DNA of 64,000 nucleotides from Alphaproteobacteria bacterium (GTDB lineage Bacteria; Pseudomonadota; Alphaproteobacteria; Methylaequorales; Methylaequoraceae): NCBI GenBank assembly GCA_019650635.1, contig BOXE01000006.1, positions 1,176 to 65,175 of the forward strand, read 5' to 3'. Shown piece by piece: positions 59,898 to 64,000 of this stretch (position 1 is its first letter; each line of letters starts with the position of its first letter). The notes under the pieces were generated by a model. It saw only the letters and a program-made list of their open reading frames with translations, ran no database searches and was not told where the DNA came from. The position numbers and the translations under genes were made by a program.

Positions 59898-60071
59898 ATG
59901 AAAAAAGTTAATTTTGGGCTTGCATTACTGAGTTTTAGTGATAATATTTCTTCTCATTATTTTACACTAAAGGTTAATAAAAACTTTGTAACAATTAATG
60001 AGCAATTAGAAGTTATTAATTCTAAATTGGATCATATAGAATATGATCTGCACGAGTTGGAAGAAAAATAA
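59898..60071 (+). CDS. Hypothetical 57-aa protein, below the ORF-track cutoff.
   Basis: Hand translation gives MKKVNFGLALLSFSDNISSHYFTLKVNKNFVTINEQLEVINSKLDHIEYDLHELEEK. No homolog was recognised. Confidence 0.25.
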   Translation: MKKVNFGLALLSFSDNISSHYFTLKVNKNFVTINEQLEVINSKLDHIEYDLHELEEK

Positions 60072-60091
60072 TATTATTAATTAAGTTTTAC

Positions 60092-60292
60092 TTAAATCTT
60101 AAGATTAACAGCTGAATTTTTTCCATTTTCTTCAGCAATTTCAAATGTTATATCTTGGCCTTCTTCTAAATTATCAATACCTGAGCTTTTTAAAGCCGTC
60201 TTGTGAACAAAAACGTCCTTAGAACCATCTTCAGGCTGGATAAATCCATAACCTTTTTTAAAATTAAACCATTTAACTTTACCTTTTATCAT
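60092..60292 (-). CDS. cspA: Cold-shock protein (CspA family).
   Basis: It reads [34 protein letters not shown], with the RNP1 and RNP2 motifs KGYGFI and VFVH. Confidence 0.9.
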   Translation of the reverse strand: MIKGKVKWFNFKKGYGFIQPEDGSKDVFVHKTALKSSGIDNLEEGQDITFEIAEENGKNSAVNLKI

Positions 60293-60573
60293 TTTTCTCC
60301 TTATTTAAAAACGAACTTAGATCATAAAACGTCTAAGTACATTAAATAAATTTAATTGAATCTAAATGATATTCTAAAAGAGAGATATTATTGTAGGAGT
60401 CAATTCAATTTATTTATTTTATTATAACCAAGTTCTTTTAATTAGATAGTTTTAATATTTAAAAAAGCAATCTTTAATATTTTTAATTTGAAAGCCACCT
60501 TGCTTTTGCTTCAATATAAAATTTACTATTACAAGGTGGTAGTATTAAAATAATAGCAATTTGTAAAAAGAAA

Positions 60574-60921
60574 ATGAAAAAGTTAATAATTTTTATATAT
60601 TTTTTTGGTTTTAGTTTGTCATCTGAGGATTTCTGTGTCATTCATAATATTTTAGAAAAAAACAAAAAAATCCTTAATTGCAATGATAAACAGTTGCTTT
60701 TTGGTTATATTAAATTCAAATCAAAACAAAATAATTTAAAATACTCCTTTAACAAAGAGGTAAAAGAGTATGTACCTCATCGTTATAAGTCAGAAATTTT
60801 GACTTTTGTCAGAAATAATTGTTATAAAAAATCTTTAAAAATAAAAACTATTACAAATTTTAATAGTAAATTAGATGAATATATTAATGAAATTATTATA
60901 GAATGTAGATTTAAATTATGA
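60574..60921 (+). CDS. Secreted hypothetical Cys-containing protein.
   Basis: 115-aa ORF with the signal peptide MKKLIIFIYFFGFSLSS. Confidence 0.4.
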   Translation: MKKLIIFIYFFGFSLSSEDFCVIHNILEKNKKILNCNDKQLLFGYIKFKSKQNNLKYSFNKEVKEYVPHRYKSEILTFVRNNCYKKSLKIKTITNFNSKLDEYINEIIIECRFKL

Positions 60922-61052
60922 CAAATGAAGACGATATAGAGTTAAAGGTTTGCAAAAAATGTGATGCGCCATTACCCTGCGATGCTTTAAGGTTAAATTA
61001 TTTTAATTTAAATACTTGCATTTGTGATGACTGTTTCAATCAGTTGTCGTAG
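60918..61052 (+). CDS. 44-aa zinc-ribbon mini-protein (CxxC...CxCxxC), below the ORF-track cutoff.
   Basis: Its ATG overlaps the previous stop (ATGA). It reads MTNEDDIELKVCKKCDAPLPCDALRLNYFNLNTCICDDCFNQLS. Confidence 0.35.
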   Translation: MTNEDDIELKVCKKCDAPLPCDALRLNYFNLNTCICDDCFNQLS

Positions 61053-61053
61053 C

Positions 61054-61233
61054 ATGAGAATAAGAGAGGAAAGAAGTTGTTTTAAGTGTGAGAAATTGTT
61101 TTCTGAATTATTTCGATGCAAATATGACGAAAGAGGTAATTGGGTATTTCTCTGCAAAAACTGTTTAGAAGAATCAAAGTTAAATAATTTGTTTTATCAA
61201 TATGGTGGAACTTGGAAATCTAAGAAAAGATAG
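61054..61233 (+). CDS. 59-aa zinc-ribbon mini-protein.
   Basis: It reads MRIREERSCFKCEKLFSELFRCKYDERGNWVFLCKNCLEESKLNNLFYQYGGTWKSKKR. This is the internal ATG of ORF 61024-61233. Confidence 0.4.
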   Translation: MRIREERSCFKCEKLFSELFRCKYDERGNWVFLCKNCLEESKLNNLFYQYGGTWKSKKR

Positions 61234-61246
61234 AAACATAAAAATC

Positions 61247-61819
61247 ATGTGTGGCAGATACGTACTTTATTCAAAAGACAAATTTAAAAATAAATATAAT
61301 ATAAATATAAGTCCAAATTATAACATTTCGCCTAATCAAGAGGTATTTGTGATTGATCAAAACATGAATATTATGAAACTAAAGTGGGGAATTAGAGCTG
61401 AATGGAAAAATTCGTTAATCATTAACGCAAGATCAGAAACAATAGAAATAAAAAAGTCTTTTGCCAGCTTAAATAGATGCGTTTTTATTAGTGATGGTTA
61501 TTATGAGTGGAAAAGAAGTGGAAAATTAAAGACTCCATATTATCATTATGTTCCAAATAGTTTTTTGTATTTTGCTGGCCTTTGCAATAATATAGGTTGT
61601 GTTGTTGTTACTATGGATAGTTTTCAATACCTTTCGAAAGTTCATAGAAGGCAACCATTTTTTTTAAAAGAAAATCAAATTGATTCATGGATTAAAAATG
61701 ATAAAAGTAATATAATTTTTGATGAAATAGTAAATTTTCATAAAGTATCAACTGAAGTAAATAAAATATGGTGTAATTCAAACGATTTAATTAGTGAAGT
61801 TCAAGATAAAAATCAATAA
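61247..61819 (+). CDS. SOS-response-associated peptidase (SRAP / YedK / DUF159).
   Basis: Starting at the internal ATG gives the family-defining N-terminus MCGRY (catalytic Cys2). It continues ...ISPNYNISPNQEV...WGI...INARSETI...RCVFISDGYYEW. Confidence 0.8.
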   Translation: MCGRYVLYSKDKFKNKYNINISPNYNISPNQEVFVIDQNMNIMKLKWGIRAEWKNSLIINARSETIEIKKSFASLNRCVFISDGYYEWKRSGKLKTPYYHYVPNSFLYFAGLCNNIGCVVVTMDSFQYLSKVHRRQPFFLKENQIDSWIKNDKSNIIFDEIVNFHKVSTEVNKIWCNSNDLISEVQDKNQ

Positions 61820-61845
61820 TTACAACTACTTATTAAATATATCTT

Positions 61846-62313
61846 ATGCTTAACATCATAAAAATATTTTTTATCACGTCCTTAAACTTTTTAGTGCTTT
61901 CTGAACTTCAAAGTAAACCAGTTGGTAAAGGCTTATCGTGTTTTTCTGAGGAAGATTCGGTCAATAATAATTATGAATCATTTCGTGGATTATATTTCGA
62001 ATCAGACAATTCAATTAGAGTAGTAAGTTTCAAAAGTAAAAATAAATCTCTTAAAATTATTTCAAAACTTACTCCTTATAAAATTTCTGAGAATTCTGTA
62101 AAATTTAAAATAAAGTTTATTTGGTATGGCGATATTTCTTTTGAAGAATTTACTTTGAGAAGAAAAGACCTTGAACTAAATCATGAAATAAATAATAAAA
62201 ATAGAGTTTTGAAGTGCAAAATTCTAGATGGTGAGTTTATGCCAGAAATGATTGAGTTAAAGAATCTCTTTCAATTGAAATTTGATGATGGTTTAAAGTC
62301 AAATAAAATATAA
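61846..62313 (+). CDS. Small secreted Cys-pair protein, paralogous to 58343-58702.
   Basis: After a signal peptide it reads GKGLSCF..LYFESD..SENSVKF..LRRKDL..LKCK and ends ...KSNKI. Confidence 0.55.
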   Translation: MLNIIKIFFITSLNFLVLSELQSKPVGKGLSCFSEEDSVNNNYESFRGLYFESDNSIRVVSFKSKNKSLKIISKLTPYKISENSVKFKIKFIWYGDISFEEFTLRRKDLELNHEINNKNRVLKCKILDGEFMPEMIELKNLFQLKFDDGLKSNKI

Positions 62314-62343
62314 AAAAAAAGCCTGACTAAATTAAGTCAGGCT
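62311..62343 (-). terminator. Rho-independent terminator for the minus-strand pqqA-like gene.
   Basis: The minus strand reads AGCCTGACT-taattt-AGTCAGGCT followed by 9 T. It lies about 29 nt after the stop at 62372-62374. Confidence 0.7.
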
Positions 62344-62371
62344 CATTAAATACATGAAAATCTCTACTTAT

Positions 62372-62449
62372 TTACTTTTCAGCGCAAGCGTAAGAGTTGA
62401 TTTCAAGTCCTACTGAGATTTCAGAAATAGTTGGTTTAGTCCAAGCCAT
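62372..62449 (-). CDS. pqqA: PqqA-like precursor peptide (25 aa), below the ORF-track cutoff.
   Basis: Hand translation gives MAWTKPTISEISVGLEINSYACAEK. It carries the PqqA E-x3-Y core (EINSY) and an MAW..P..EI..G.E leader typical of alphaproteobacterial PqqA. An AGGAG lies 7 nt upstream of the ATG, and the gene has its own terminator. Confidence 0.7.
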   Translation of the reverse strand: MAWTKPTISEISVGLEINSYACAEK

Positions 62450-62599
62450 TGTATTCTCCTATATGTTAATATTAATAATTGAGAACAATATACTAGTTTT
62501 ATCTTAATCAACTCTGATAAGCTTGTTCATAATCCGTTAATGTTGAGAAGTCTTAAAAATATGATTTTGTTGGTTTTTGGTTTGGAAGAATGAATGGGA

Positions 62600-62633
62600 T
62601 AATAAAGAGAATGAAAATTCATTCTCTTTATTA
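62600..62633. terminator. 14-bp perfect hairpin just after the stop of the 62641-62883 gene. No clear U-tract follows.
   Basis: The sequence is TAATAAAGAGAATG-aaaatt-CATTCTCTTTATTA. Confidence 0.4.
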
Positions 62634-62640
62634 CTATAGA

Positions 62641-62883
62641 TTAGTTGTTTAGCAGTGCAAGAGCTCTATCAAAGATTTCTTCAGCATTATCTAGCTCACC
62701 AATTTCTAACTTTTAAGCTCCTTGAGATCTGAGATTAGATATCTGTGCAAAAGTTTCTGTATTAATTGAACTTTTGTTGGAAAATAACTTTGAATCAACT
62801 TCAGCCATTTTTTGATAAGGACAAGCTTCAGCACTTGTTGAAATGACGAAAGCAGCAGCTAGGCATAAAATAATTTTTTTCAT
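62641..62883 (-). CDS. Small secreted hypothetical protein, with one frame break as assembled.
   Basis: The minus strand reads MKKIILCLAAAFVISTSAEACPYQKMAEVDSKLFSNK...ISNLRSQGA, and after the break ...LEIGELDNAEEIFDRALALLNN. Confidence 0.4.
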
Positions 62884-63090
62884 TGTTTATCCTTTTGTTA
62901 TTTATTTAAGATAATATATCAAATTTTTTTTTCTATTATTATTTTTTTTAAGTTGTATTTTAATGTAAACTTTAATTTTGCAAATTGATTTTTTTACTTT
63001 TTACTCATTAATAATTCAAAAACATTATTTTTTTTAATATTCTTTTGTGAATAAGTAAAAATCTAAAAAATTTAAAAAGGAATAAATTAA

Positions 63091-63927
63091 ATGGAATTCT
63101 CTGGAAGTAAAAATTATATTTCGACTAATGACTTAACTGTTGCTGTAAATGCGTCAATTGCTCTGGAGAAACCATTATTGGTTAAAGGAGAACCAGGTAC
63201 TGGTAAAACAGAGTTAGCAAGACAGATTGCTAGAAGTTTAAAATTAGAAATAATTGAATGGAGCATAAAGTCGACAACAAAGGCACAGCAAGGCTTATAT
63301 GAGTACGACGCTGTTAGTAGATTAAGAGACAGTCAGCTTGGAGAAGAAATAAAAGATATTACTAAGTATATAAAAAAAGGTAAGATATGGGAATCTTTTG
63401 AAACAACAAAAAAATCAGTTCTTTTAATTGATGAAATCGATAAAGCTGATATTGAGTTTCCCAATGATTTACTTCAAGAATTGGATAAAATGGAGTTTTA
63501 CATATACGAAACAGGAGAAGTTATTAAAGCTAATCATAGACCAATAATAATCATAACTTCCAATAATGAAAAAGAGCTTCCTGAGGCGTTTTTAAGGAGA
63601 TGTTTCTTCCATTATATTCAATTCCCTGAAATTGATACACTAAGAAAAATAGTTGAAGTTCATTTTCCAGACATAAAAAAATCATTATTAGAAACTGCAC
63701 TTAAAAAATTTTTTCAGATAAGAGAAGTTCCAGGATTAAAAAAAAAACCATCTACATCAGAGGCTCTTGATTGGATAAAACTTTTATTAGTAGAAGATTT
63801 GGACTCAAAAGATCTGAAATCAGATGGAAAGAACATTTTACCAAAGCTTCATGGGGCACTGCTAAAAAATGAACAAGATATTCAACTTTTTGAACAATTA
63901 GCGTTTATGTCAAGAAGAGAAGATTAA
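63091..63927 (+). CDS. MoxR-family AAA+ ATPase.
   Basis: It reads ...LEKPLLVKGEPGTGKTELARQIA (Walker A), ...SVLLIDEIDKADIEFPNDLLQELD (Walker B), and ...IIITSNNEKELPEAFLRRC. Confidence 0.85.
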   Translation: MEFSGSKNYISTNDLTVAVNASIALEKPLLVKGEPGTGKTELARQIARSLKLEIIEWSIKSTTKAQQGLYEYDAVSRLRDSQLGEEIKDITKYIKKGKIWESFETTKKSVLLIDEIDKADIEFPNDLLQELDKMEFYIYETGEVIKANHRPIIIITSNNEKELPEAFLRRCFFHYIQFPEIDTLRKIVEVHFPDIKKSLLETALKKFFQIREVPGLKKKPSTSEALDWIKLLLVEDLDSKDLKSDGKNILPKLHGALLKNEQDIQLFEQLAFMSRRED

Positions 63928-63931
63928 GTTT

Positions 63932-64000
63932 ATGTTTTTAGATTTTTTCTTTAAATTAAAAAATGCTAAAATACCTGTATCGCTAAATGAATTTTTAAAT
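63932..64000 (+). CDS. VWA-domain CoxE-like protein. Only the 5' end lies in the window.
   Basis: It reads MFLDFFFKLKNAKIPVSLNEFLN, which resembles the conserved N-terminus of CoxE/VWA partners of MoxR ATPases, and it sits immediately downstream of moxR. Confidence 0.5.
   Translation, partial: MFLDFFFKLKNAKIPVSLNEFLN

Noticed and set aside
62372-64000. The pqqA-like gene near moxR might be evidence for a methanol/PQQ-dehydrogenase cluster.
   Set aside because: No pqqBCDE, mxaF/xoxF or cytochrome genes are present in the window. MoxR/VWA pairs are widespread and not specific to methylotrophy, so the adjacency alone is not meaningful.

Overview
This is an AT-rich chromosomal window (well under about 30% GC by eye, outside the Pro/Gly repeat blocks). 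Gene content and order look alphaproteobacterial and SAR11/Pelagibacterales-like; that taxon call is inference from synteny and composition only. Nt 1-25,100 are housekeeping genes: scpAB, tatABC, serS, pcm, a LysM/M23 peptidase, yajC-secD-secF, uvrA, ssb, gyrA, coaD, cyclophilin, tRNA-Lys, DUF502, recG, sdhE, mfd and a parvulin. As assembled, many of these are split by single-base indels. I read those breaks as sequence errors rather than pseudogenes, because essential genes such as gyrA, serS and secD are hit. Nt 26,900-52,800 is the unusual part. It holds two type I secretion (T1SS) loci, each with a TolC-like OMP, an ABC exporter and a HlyD-like MFP, and each is physically wired to cyclic-nucleotide genes. 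Locus A (+ strand) starts with a CyaB1-like GAF-GAF-PAS-cyclase and an HD protein resembling class I phosphodiesterases. Locus B (- strand) has an MFP with an N-terminal cNMP-binding domain, a CHASE2 adenylate cyclase whose start overlaps the MFP stop (ATGA), and two small cNMP-binding proteins. The loci encode three related Pro/Gly-rich repeat proteins. Two of these carry an N-terminal FecR-like domain plus C-terminal RTX repeats. Both ABC exporters keep Walker A but have non-canonical Q-loop, signature, Walker B Glu and H-loop positions. A DUF1538 membrane protein with two PII-like proteins sits between the loci, co-directional with locus B. Nt 52,900-64,000 contains tRNA-Pro, tRNA-Arg, many small secreted or hypothetical proteins (including one clear paralogous pair), an HD protein, a membrane-anchored HDAC-family enzyme, a cold-shock protein, an SRAP protein, a stand-alone 25-aa pqqA-like gene missed by the ORF track, and a MoxR/VWA pair. 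No rRNA, CRISPR array, transposase or integrase was recognised.
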